From Antedon mediterranea (Eukaryota; Animalia; Echinodermata): 64,000 nt of DNA. The position numbers were made by a program, and so were the translations under genes. How positions within the stretch are numbered: position 1 is the stretch's first letter; each line of letters begins with the position of its first letter. Shown here piece after piece: positions 54,201 to 60,269 of the stretch. The stretch covers positions 16,216,948 to 16,280,947 of the forward strand of contig NC_092673.1 in NCBI RefSeq assembly GCF_964355755.1, written 5' to 3'. Under the pieces are notes generated by a model, which worked only from the letters and a program-made list of their open reading frames with translations, did no database searches and was not told the origin of the DNA.

Positions 54201-57200
54201 AACAATTGAAAACCATTAGGCCTACTAATTAAGTTGAGTTAGATAATTTAATATTTATTGACGATTAAATCGAATTTATGATTTTCCCCGAATAGAGGTG
54301 GTTTTCACAAATTGTATAATAATAATAATAATAGGATTTTTATAGCGCACATACCAATCAAGAGTGCTCAAGGCACATATAAACATATACACGTCGTAGT
54401 GATGTATCGTTACATGTACTGTACTATTTCAATCGACTAGGACGGTGATAGTTTCAACAAAGTATTACATCGCAATGTTTTACTGTGTTTAGTGGTATAT
54501 TATTTGTAAAACATGAAAACAATAATAATAATAATAACTGGTACTTGATATAGCGCATTATGCTGAAAGCCCTCAATGCGCTTTACAAAGACAGAACAAA
54601 TTTAGAAAATTACAAATTAAAAAGGTGGGTTTTGAGGAGAGATTGGAAGACACTGCACTGGTGGAAGTAGCCTGACGGATTTCTATAGGCAACACATTCC
54701 ATAGAGAAACGGATGTCGAAGAAAATGAACGATTTCCATAAAACTTAGTAGATGGAAGGATGAATTAATATATGGGCAAGAAGAGACTCAGATCTAGATC
54801 TCAGAGACCGCTTAGGAACATAAGGTTGAATAAGTTCAATTAATATTTCGTTACTAAATGAATAAAGAATATATTTAAAAATTGTTCCTCTTTGCACCCA
54901 TCCTCTTCCCCATCCCTCAACCCTAATGTTTCATACAAAGCACAAATTAAGTTTGTTTAAATTTGACTTAAGCAATTGGTCTCATTTTGTGACAGTTTCT
55001 CTTTCGGAAGTAATTCCCAGTGTGCTAATTTTAGTTGAGTACATAAATCACAGTGTCTATTTATTCGTTCCTGTAAACGACATGTATTATTGTCCTGCGG
55101 TACGTACATTTGAAATCGCCAGTTTTTTAACGCTGACATTATTATGTATTCGAGAACCATCTGTGGGCACGACCTAGATGGTACGCGAGCGTACAATCTA
55201 GTAAATACCAATTTACATTTTGTCAAACCAAAATTGAACTGTTCACCGCTGTTAAAAAACCAAGCATTATTATTATTAAACTATCTGTTTTTTTTGGCTT
55301 AACTCTTTCACTGCGTGTATCCGGTATTACTAAGTATAAACAAATGTCGTTGAACTGTGGTATACTCGGTATTACAGGGTATGAGAAAAATTATTATTTA
55401 TTTGTATTTGCCTATAATATAGCACCCTCTATAATTTTTTTGATAAACTTGAATACAGTATTTGCAATTCATTAAAACTAATTTTTAGCACAACATGCGC
55501 CCTCTATAGTTGTTAATATCGTCTTGAAATTTCTATTTCAACTTGCGCCCTCTATCACATGTTATTATTATTATAACCTTGTAATTAAAATTATTTTAAC
55601 CATGGAAAGTTATATTATTAACTACAATGACACATAAACATTCTCCAGTTACCAATTTACCCACCCCAATAGAACAATATCATGTTCATTCTGCAAAAAG
55701 AATTCTGAATTAGTCGTTAGTTTTTCTGTAATTTGATGATTTTGACCAACAATTTTATGCCAAATTTTTTATAAAATGATAAAAATAATTCAAATTTGTT
55801 TGATATTTGTATTCGTTACACATATCTTCATCAATATCCAGTGAGAAAACCATATTCCATAAAAATTATAGAAAAAATAGTTTTTATCATAAATTGATAA
55901 AAAAAACAGAAAATCCAAAATAGATGTAATGTCATTAATATGCAAATTAGCTTTTTTTTACTTCCAACCATAGACCAACCTTTTAAAATAATTAAAAAAT
56001 TATGTCATTTATTCTTTTTTGCACATTTCTTAAATGCATATATGCACATAGCTGGGACTAATGCTTCAATGAAGTAAATGTTTGTGTATATTAAATAATT
56101 AATAATTTATTGCCATCTGCCACAACTTCCCATCTTATTAAAATAATACTAATGACAATGGCAGTGAAATAAGAAATAATACTTGGACAAAACATGCAAA
56201 ATTCTATTATTTCACAAGATTCCAATAAAAACTACTTTTTTCACAGATGTGCAAGATGGTTCAGTGACCTCTGCATTACCACAGTCTGATATCCAAGGCA
56301 GTCAACAAGGTAGGATCCACTGGTTGATTCCAGAGGTTAATCATCTATTAGTGGTTACATTTTAAAATAAAACTTAATAGACATATTATAATAATAACTG
56401 TAGCACATTTTGAGTTATTCAAACTGTATACATTTTAGATGAAAATGTATAGTTATGTTACTCTCCAAAATGAACATAAAATGTATAGTTATGTTACTCT
56501 CCAAAATGAACATAAAATGTATAGTTATGTTACTCTCCAAAATGAACATAAAATGTATAGTTATGTTACTCTCCAAAATGAACATAAAATGTATAGTTAT
56601 GTTACTCTCCAAAATGAACATAAAATGTATAGTTATGTTACTCTCCAAAATGAAAATGATGAACATAAACAGTCATTTATTTGTGTGTCACTCATACAAA
56701 ATAAAAAGCTTTGTCATTAATGTGTAATGTATAACTGTCTTTTTTGTATTTTTGTTGAACAGAATTAACAAAGCTATTAGCATCAGATTCACCAGTTACT
56801 GTTAATGAGGAATTAAAAACACAAATGAAGAAAGTGATGATTGCGGAACAGGAAAGAAAACTTGAAGCAGAGAGCGGTGAGTTAAGGATCATAAATTAAT
56901 TTACTTTTTATTTCGTCACACTCAACAGTGACACAAGTCAAGTCAATTGCAAAGTTCAACAATAGAAAATGATGAACATATTTAAACATAATTATATAAA
57001 CAAAATCCAAAGCAGTCTTAAGCTGGCCTTTAATATACTGTTCAACATACACATAACTGTCTTTTCTGGATGTTTTTATTGACCAGAAGTGACAAAGCAA
57101 TTACCATCGGATTCATCAGATACTCTTAGTGATGAATTTCAAACACAAGTAGTGGAACAGGAAACTAAACCTGAACCAGAGAGTGGTGAGTCTCATAAAA

Positions 57201-59455
57201 TATTAGTTGTATTATTATGGTTAAACTAACTTTAAATGTGATATTATAGAATGGATTTTAGCTACATTTTTTTTTTATTTCAACATTTATAAAAAAAAGA
57301 ATGTCTTTAAACAGAATTAGAAAAAAATACTAAATTCATACATGTAAACGATTGATAAGGTAAATGACTTATTTAACTAATCTTTAAAACAACATGTCTT
57401 TTATTATTAGTGAAGAATAAAAGCTGATACACTGAACAATATCTGCATAAATACTGTCATGATATTTATATATAAGTTGCTGTGACACTTACAGGCCACC
57501 GTACTTTGATCACACAAACAAAAGATATTCATTATGGTCGGCAATGTATTATCAACAAACTTAAAAATAAGAGATAGTTCTCTATCCATTGTAAATAGAA
57601 CAGTTTATATTTCATCAAAGAACGTATTGTTAATCAATCTTATTTTGATATGCTTGATCTATAAATTCAACAACAGAATAATTATGATTGGTCAAAGCTC
57701 TCTGTGAAGCTGTCAACATCTTGAAATTAGCATGCAACATACAAATACATTGCAAAATAATAACAAATTGATATTAATAATCAAATTAGGGTGTGGTACA
57801 TTGTGTAGGTCTATGGTACAGGGCTCAGGTGGCAGGCCTTTTAGGGTGTGGTACATTGTATAGGTCCATGGTACAGGGCTCAGGTGGCAGGCCTTTACTT
57901 TACTTGCCAACTAATGTTTATTTTTTTCTTGTATCAATTTTCTAGTTTTTTATTGTAATATGGTCCCCTAATGCTATTTTTTGTAATATATTTATAGACC
58001 ATAAATCAATTTTTAAAAATGAGGTTCTGCACAGTGAATTTATGGTTTTGTGGTTGATTGTGTTGAGTAATGAATAATCAAATGCTTGTGATATTTAATT
58101 CCTAATACTGATACTCATTTCAGATCTGCAGTCGCCAGAAAATGACAGGTAAGTAGGTACTGTATAATGAGTGTATCACAGTATCTATACTGTTTATTTA
58201 TACTCTCCAATACCATAGAGATAGACCAACACCCTGCTAGTTAATTGTATGCCCTGAGATGATAGTCTGGAAGGGATATTATTACTATCACTTGTGTGTC
58301 TATCAGTTCATTTGTATATATTAATAACATAACCTATTAATACAACCAAAGTTCTACCATAAAAATAGTGTTGAAACAATTATACACAAAATCAAGAATT
58401 ATAACAAACATCAAAAGAACTTTTAAACCCAAATAATAATAATGAAACAATCCTGATTTTATATAGAATTACATTCTGCATAAACTTAACGGAGGATGAC
58501 GGACCTTTTGTCCTACCAATATTTTCAATTTCAGTAAGATATATGCCACACTTCCGTTTTGGCCGACAGACTCCTATATTTATACTTGTCTCCTTATGCT
58601 CCTGGTTTTATATTCTCCCGTATTACAAAGATAACTGAACTTAATGTGTTGCTTTCTGCAATAAAATATAAAAAAAAGAAGCTCAAAACACATACAAATT
58701 TATGATATTTAAGTCATAATTTATTGATCCCCTTATTGAAGGGGATTCTTTTCGCATAGCCATCATGGTACCAATTGCTCCTTGCATTTCCTAATTTTGA
58801 TAATAATACTGTAAAAAAGGGAGTGGGGAGGGGTTGCTAGAACCATAAAACCCTCCTGCTTACGAGTCTGTTATCCTTATTTTAGGGAGTGGGGAGGGGT
58901 TGCTAGAACCATAAAACCCTCCTGCTTACGAGTCTGAATCCTTATTATAGGGAGTGGGGAGGGTTTGCTAGACCATAAAACCCTCCTTCTTATGAGTCTG
59001 TTATCCTTATTATAGGGAGTGGGGAGGGTTTGCTAGACCATAAACCCTCCTTCTTACGAGTCTGTTATCCTTATTATAGGGAGTGGGGAGGGTTTGCTAG
59101 ACCATAAAACCCTCCTGCTTACGAGTCTGTTATCCTTATTATAGGAAGTGGGGAGGGTTTGCTAGAACCATACTTACTTACGAGTCTGTTATCCTTATTA
59201 TAGGGAGTGGGGAGGGTTTGCTAGAACCATACTTACTTACGAGTCTGTTATCCTTATTATAGGGAGTGGGGAGGGTTTGCTAGAACCATACTTACTTACG
59301 AGTCTGTTATCCTTATTATAGGGAGTGGGGAGGGTTTGCTAAAACCATAAAACCCTCCTGCTTACGAGTCTGTTATCTTTATTATAGTTTTACTAATGTG
59401 TACATATACATTTTTATTTTTAGCCTGAAAGAAAGCATACAGACATTTGTCAAAG
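3145..59455 (+). CDS. Multi-exon gene (partial at both ends): ankyrin-repeat array - linker - ZU5 - UPA-like - tandem DED-like - linkers
   Basis: 22 exons with AG/GT boundaries and matching phases, no internal stops: 3145-3264, 5577-5681, 7064-7171, 12084-12191, 17978-18082, 19465-19572, 24485-24592, 30395-30499 (all phase 0-0), 31422-31506 (0-1), 33781-33873, 43571-43648 (1-1), 44581-45092 (1-0), 45429-45563 (0-0), 46117-46258 (0-1), 46703-46732, 47721-48236, 53345-53389, 56247-56309, 56763-56876, 57087-57185 (1-1), 58124-58148 (1-2), 59424-59455 (2-1). Joining into one transcript is inferred from phase compatibility. Confidence 0.75.
3372..3979. mobile_element. Foldback/MITE-like insertion built from 21-bp tandem repeats in inverted orientation
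   Basis: Unit about attagtaattcgtttgaacga; the arm containing caacatatacaacaagtgccatttaaagtatatgttg (about 3442-3480) is inverted at about 3815-3852; right end gggctttcgta; absent from paralogous units (empty site about 5790). Confidence 0.7.
4107..4380 (-). mobile_element. tRNA-derived SINE
   Basis: B-box-like gtttcgaatcc on the minus strand (about 4337-4347), conserved core tacacctgggtggagagaggc...cttgcc, (ATT)n tail; absent from paralogous units. Confidence 0.7.
5577..5681 (+). CDS. Ankyrin-repeat exon (35 aa)
   Basis: tttccag|NGNTPLHECLWLGDPTLEIVTCLIQHEAPVALQNK|gtaaat. Confidence 0.85.
6913..7016 (+). pseudogene. Truncated ankyrin exon (acceptor intact, 3' part and donor deleted); duplicate at 19314-19417
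   Basis: tttccag|DGNTLLHSYLRSGYLRRVYTTTILVPTLEIVTYLI then runs directly into the intron sequence that precedes the next exon (cataatgtctgttgtcag). Confidence 0.75.
7064..7171 (+). CDS. Ankyrin-repeat exon (36 aa)
   Basis: tttccag|SGDTLLHSYLRSGNTPTLEIVTCLIQHGTPVALQNK|gtaaat. Confidence 0.85.
9509..10891. mobile_element. Composite Helentron-type non-autonomous (HINE/DINE-1-like) insertion: two related units flanking tRNA-Val-derived DNA; duplicate at about 21910-23292
   Basis: Starts aacaagcacgaatgtgc (hairpin) with subterminal tactcgggg; ends actcgggtaccccgagtaaaa; splits the LINE ORF (LGKVF|LYIISNRL) in a T-run without TSD; 202-bp internal tandem duplication 10263-10667. Confidence 0.65.
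9922..9992 (-). tRNA. tRNA-Val(AAC)-like pseudogene; partial second copy about 10213-10268; duplicates at 22323-22393 and about 22614-22669
   Basis: Reverse complement GGTTTCGTAGTGTAGTGGTGGTCAAGTCTGCTTAACACGCAGAAGGTCCCGGTTCGAGCCCTGACGAAACC: acceptor stem, AAC anticodon loop, T-loop; D-stem broken; followed by a T-run. Confidence 0.75.
12084..12191 (+). CDS. Ankyrin-repeat exon (36 aa)
   Basis: tttccag|DGNTPLQSYLWSVYTPTLEIVTCLIQHGAPLALQNK|gtaaat. Confidence 0.85.
12754..16683 (-). mobile_element. CR1-clade LINE (ORF1 3' part plus APE-RT ORF2), copy 1 with nonsense and indel lesions
   Basis: CGDIHPNPGP, LTETWL, GDMN, DHSPV endonuclease motifs; GVPQGSVLGP, YADD RT motifs; poly(A) tail; flanking direct repeat TAATTCTCGTT (12743-12753, 16684-16694). 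Confidence 0.95.
16980..17375 (-). mobile_element. 3' fragment of the same LINE as 7734-11610, at the paralogous insertion site; duplicate about 29401-29794
   Basis: Same gatcgtcaatat(tcat)n junction and RLCKICDKNEVEDEYHF C-terminus. Confidence 0.85.
17376..17756 (+). mobile_element. 3' end of another CR1/L2-group LINE; duplicate about 29795-30173
   Basis: ...GKRTFVYRSTKLWNSLP...FKSSL then a (TAAA)n tail. Confidence 0.7.
17978..18082 (+). CDS. Ankyrin-repeat exon (35 aa), chimeric duplication-junction exon
   Basis: tttccag|YRDTPLHSYLKRTAPTLEIVTCLIQHEAPVALQNK|gtaaat; 5' half like exon 30395, 3' half and downstream intron like exon 5577. Confidence 0.85.
19465..19572 (+). CDS. Ankyrin-repeat exon (36 aa), copy of 7064-7171
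   Basis: Same sequence at +12401 offset. Confidence 0.8.
24485..24592 (+). CDS. Ankyrin-repeat exon (36 aa), copy of 12084-12191
   Basis: Same sequence at +12401 offset. Confidence 0.8.
25155..29105 (-). mobile_element. CR1-clade LINE, copy 2 (982-aa ORF2 segment 25265-28213)
   Basis: Duplicate of 12754-16683 without the 20-bp deletion and the CAA>TAA stop, but interrupted near the endonuclease N-terminus. Confidence 0.95.
30395..30499 (+). CDS. Ankyrin-repeat exon (35 aa)
   Basis: tttccag|YGDTPLHSYLKRTAPTLEIVTCLDQHGAPVGLQNK|gtaatg. Confidence 0.85.
31422..31506 (+). CDS. Ankyrin C-terminal capping repeat exon
   Basis: ttttaatag|DGNTLVSLLESNRRIERERKTEILNFLE(g)|gtaagt; GNT...EILxFL pattern; phase 0 to 1 bridges the array to the downstream phase-1 exons. 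Confidence 0.75.
33781..33873 (+). CDS. Linker exon (DLPS...KPES family)
   Basis: tttttag|DLPSTVDEQFQTQFQKHTSDKQKTKLLKPES|gtgagt. Confidence 0.7.
35857..36410 (+). mobile_element. 5' part of a non-autonomous Helitron (same family as 53421 and 61912)
   Basis: A|TCTATATATAAATTTACGTAAGGGC start; about 550 bp similar to the other copies; 3' end not found. Confidence 0.7.
37640..41140 (-). CDS. pol: Pol polyprotein: protease, integrase, reverse transcriptase, RNase H
   Basis: LRDSGCT (protease); H..GHMG...CKEC, DIVGPL, DQGTNF, ERFHGTLK (integrase); YIDD (RT); TDAS...EKECL...TDHQAL...ADGLSR (RNase H). Confidence 0.97.
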   Translation of the reverse strand: MVAKGKTSDTKKGPNVKDGLRCEGIKSDRPQVVMDSVENKMEKCIIPGKLEGQDITMLRDSGCTKSAVKESLVPNKCYLPGKWVTLRGIGGDITVPLAEVAIESKIVTGKVIVAVIEGLQRDMLLGHDLDQNCGETMAKEMFVLTREQARIENDVRIQDEMILLGKDSNFKPIEEPPKETNVQMLKTVVNDNKVNKTKCLDDMNGTEMNNLFDENEDKAKDKTVKRKTYEQQHKLNLTKQELIKLQTKDDSLKGVFDRVVPIEEIGQHRVCFFMRQGILMRNWSSIKDKNNQVEQIVLPTQCRQGVLHLGHNVPFAGHMGVEKTKSRILNQFYWPGIFKDVVVYCKVCKECQKVEKGKSKRKHTLIPLPIISTPFKRIAIDIVGPLSRTSRNNKYMLTIIDYATRYPDAIPLPNVRAETVARALIEVFTRVGLPEEIVHDQGTNFMSSIMQSICSMLGINQLKTTVYHPQSNGLVERFHGTLKNMIRTLTVKQRKNWDNYIPPFLFAYREVPSKATGHSPFKLLYGREVRGPLSLLKSNWVEDEETSTDVIKYMLDIREKMEELMKDANVNKLEQQEIMSHNYNKNAIDREFVEGDKVLIFLPVGNSKLDSKWQGPFTVTKKVNDVNYEIYIGGRRKEKQILHVNMLKRWYDKVEISKDGYYVVTNVQSIEEVDLNETVHDNELDSEIDIGLSYHQSQTWRDVNVSSNLNDTQTKQLTELLKYQQNVFSDVPGRTHLVTHEIKTNGEMPIRHRAYRTPQALKGKLKEELDSMLAMGIIEPTVSAYAASIIALEKGQNQIRMVTYFRSLNKTTQFDPYVMPRIDEMLDEVSSAIYITTLDLTKGFYQVPLDPKTKDKSAFITQFGQYCYNVLPFGMQNSSSTFQRLMDKVLQGTEGYAKAYIDDICIYSQTWKDHIFHLNDVLERLSSAGLTAKPLKCKIAYAQVEFLGHKIGNGEIRPMIDKVEAVEKFPRPLSKKQVRSFLGLTGYYRKFVQNYADIAKPLIDLTLKSKSNTVKWNEQCENAFVTLKKRLTDDNVLKAPNFDKMFILQTDASNYGIGAVLSQIDGEGNDYPIVYLSRKLSVHEQRYSVPEKECLSFVWAINKLKYYLYGCEFQVHTDHQALRWMDSMKGANVRLMRWALFLQGYKFKVIYKKGSLNGNADGLSRA
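41285..42220 (-). CDS. gag: Gag of the gypsy element (stops at an in-frame TAA before the CCHC knuckle)
   Basis: FRTFEHLAEATGW...YDTLKKAILEKY..SAETYRFKFR capsid motifs; CFNCKEKGHKIGDC follows in the same frame after the stop. Confidence 0.9.
   Translation of the reverse strand: MTTLRSGKNIDKTMSDKDTREDMVDQVNEMYDNMARDIDLPEIPGGMPKDMMLEYFRMKFEAEAENKKLEYQQDIELRKIESQERVKMMELENRSSYSNARNIVDEMKVKVPTLKESDDIDIYFRTFEHLAEATGWDKNTWSARLAPELSGKARTAYASLTVKECVDYDTLKKAILEKYDVSAETYRFKFRNSNRVKDMSIREWLNELSHYLKCWMKCANVKEDDAAGIIEMIIMEQALDKMPEDLRLYLRDKQVNKSYDMAMIADDYIANRGGRGYWNAVNSENKPTYYKGQENSKPKNSTTQNNPGARQ
43571..43648 (+). CDS. Linker exon (DLPS...KPES family)
   Basis: ttttttag|DLPSLVSEQFEKLMVEEQKTKLKPVI|gtgagt; paralog of 33781. 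Confidence 0.7.
44581..45092 (+). CDS. ZU5 domain exon with HFS motif, start of UPA-like domain
   Basis: VGSTGGTL...IKLQIQPGAI...IISPIVKCGPEGTSFNKPISLSFPH...ITLIHFSFY are ZU5 hallmark motifs (UNC5/PIDD1/ankyrin type); acceptor ctgcag ends 44580, donor gtaatt at 45093. Confidence 0.9.
45429..46258 (+). CDS. Two exons (45429-45563, 46117-46258) of a UPA-like beta-rich domain
   Basis: TIKEEHSEIGEKPLITPV...ITVAVSQQEWKV and TVTAEYLWRG...LKATVSLSQ; position directly after ZU5; UPA identity inferred. Confidence 0.65.
45742..45872. mobile_element. Short MITE remnant
   Basis: Terminal inverted ctctgtcta...tagacagag with internal 22-bp repeats (atggtagtgatatg). Confidence 0.45.
46703..46732 (+). CDS. 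30-bp linker microexon
   Basis: ttgttatag|CDVETSGPNP|gtatgt, phase 1-1. Confidence 0.6.
46750..46970 (-). mobile_element. 5S rRNA-derived SINE (SINE3-like) or 5S pseudogene with attached body
   Basis: Reverse complement of 46872-46970 (TACGGCCTTATCATGTTGAAAC...CTGATCACCAAAGTTAAGCAACG...CTTGGATGGGAGACCGTCTGGGAG) matches 5S rRNA including the A and C boxes. Confidence 0.75.
47253..47406 (+). pseudogene. Decayed linker exon made of 18-bp repeats (GVSSGT-like)
   Basis: Acceptor ttttttag; G/S/T/P repeat frame is one base off phase 1; donor position reads ataaac rather than gtaaac. Confidence 0.45.
47721..48236 (+). CDS. Tandem death effector domain-like (DED-DED) exon
   Basis: Helical 172-aa exon: FNKLNYDLSE...DYFNELSEKGYIKPTDVGLL...VVAQY, then LSPYRKRL...IWDVTFELE; resembles the paired DEDs of the caspase-8/c-FLIP prodomain; ttgcag acceptor, gtatgt donor. 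Confidence 0.7.
48865..52944 (+). mobile_element. Internally deleted Academ-like DNA transposon with 1.2-1.3 kb TIRs
   Basis: TAGACC...GGTCTA termini, 3-bp TSD ACA, arms 48865-50181 and 51721-52944; central remnant FPPCEITITQHLLRANYVSIMW...DPLNYGW...PKWF (about 50230-50640), like the C-terminus of Academ proteins. Confidence 0.75.
50835..51720. repeat. Tandem repeat (about 120-150 bp unit, about 7 copies) inside the Academ-like element
   Basis: Recurring aataatgtgcaataatcaatacagtagtcgatccattgtggataagtaacgatatttaatt. Confidence 0.9.
53345..59455 (+). CDS. Six short linker exons after the DEDs (53345-53389, 56247-56309, 56763-56876, 57087-57185, 58124-58148, 59424-59455)
   Basis: DEQDDTATTTQASEQ / DVQDGSVTSALPQSDIQGSQQ / ELTKLLASDSPV...EQERKLEAES / EVTKQLPSDSS...EQETKPEPES / DLQSPEND / SLKESIQTFVK, each with canonical splice sites and compatible phase. 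Confidence 0.65.
53421..55201 (+). mobile_element. Non-autonomous Helitron (complete)
   Basis: A|TC...CTAG|T boundaries, subterminal hairpin gtacgc-ga-gcgtac (55181-55194), no TSD; similar to 61912-63245. Confidence 0.85.
54520..54840 (-). mobile_element. L2-type LINE 3' fragment nested in the Helitron
   Basis: ELIQPYVPKRSLRS...YGNRSFS...LWNVLP...LKTHLF with an (ATT)n tail; absent from the 62-63 kb Helitron copy. Confidence 0.8.
56442..56654. repeat. 36-bp minisatellite, about 6 copies
   Basis: aaaatgtatagttatgttactctccaaaatgaacat repeated. Confidence 0.95.
58817..59387. repeat. G-rich minisatellite, about 58-66 bp unit, about 9 copies
   Basis: agggagtggggagggtttgctagaaccata...ttacgagtctgttatccttattat repeated. 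Confidence 0.95.
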
Positions 59456-59543
59456 GTAATTTCCTTAGTCTTATGTTGGTGAGTTAAGGATCATAAATGA
59501 ATTTACTTTTTATTTTATTTCACCACCACACAAGTCAAGTCAG

Positions 59544-60165
59544 TGTAATATAACGATATACTTTTATAATTAAGAAATTGACCTTTGTATCGGAATTCAA
59601 ATAAGTTCACAAACTTGACCCAGAAAGTCCAGAGGAGAGTTTGTCCAGATGTTTTAATGACCATTTAGTTTACAATCGAATCCCTAAAGAATAACTTTGT
59701 GACTGTTCCCATCATAAAACAATTAGATATTGACAGTTTTTAGCAGAGATTGGACAGGGCCAATTCATCATTGTAACCTCCCCAGATAAGATCAATCACT
59801 CCCACTTAAACACCTCTGGATCAACTTAGGACCAATCGTTACCCTCACAGATTACGTAGTGACATATGCAAATGAACCGAAGCCAATATACCCCCAAGTT
59901 TCAGAAGAGCCCAGACACACCTTACAGCCACCTCACGGAGCACACACCTTACAGCCACCTCACGGAGCACACACCTTACAGCCACTTCTTCAGAAGCAGA
60001 CCTACACACTTCACACCTCACTGACAGCATCACTGATCCTCCGTTCCTTATCTATACTTATAGTTGTATATTGTACTGAAGTATTATACTGAATAAACAA
60101 TATGTGTTACGACAGTTAAGCGAGTAAGAGTCTTCATTAGTACCTCAACACAACATTATATTACA
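59544..60165 (+). mobile_element. Solo LTR (622 bp)
   Basis: TGTAATATAA...TTATATTACA inverted ends, 4-bp TSD TCAG, AATAAA at about 60092, empty paralogous site at about 56940; internal 30-bp tandem repeat. Confidence 0.8.
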
Positions 60166-60269
60166 TCAGTTACAACGTTGAACAATAGAAAATGATCAAT
60201 AGACATTTATTTAAACATATATAACTCAATCAAAATATCTTATGTCTTAAGCTGCTATATTAGCTATTA

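Noticed and set aside
55299-56170. piggyBac-like MITE (TTAA|CTCTTTCACTGC ... GCAGTGAAA) with repeated GCGCCCTCTA motifs
   Set aside because: Right terminus and TSD are incomplete; support too weak to call.
56415-56727. Repetitive ORFs in three frames
   Set aside because: Produced by the 36-bp minisatellite.
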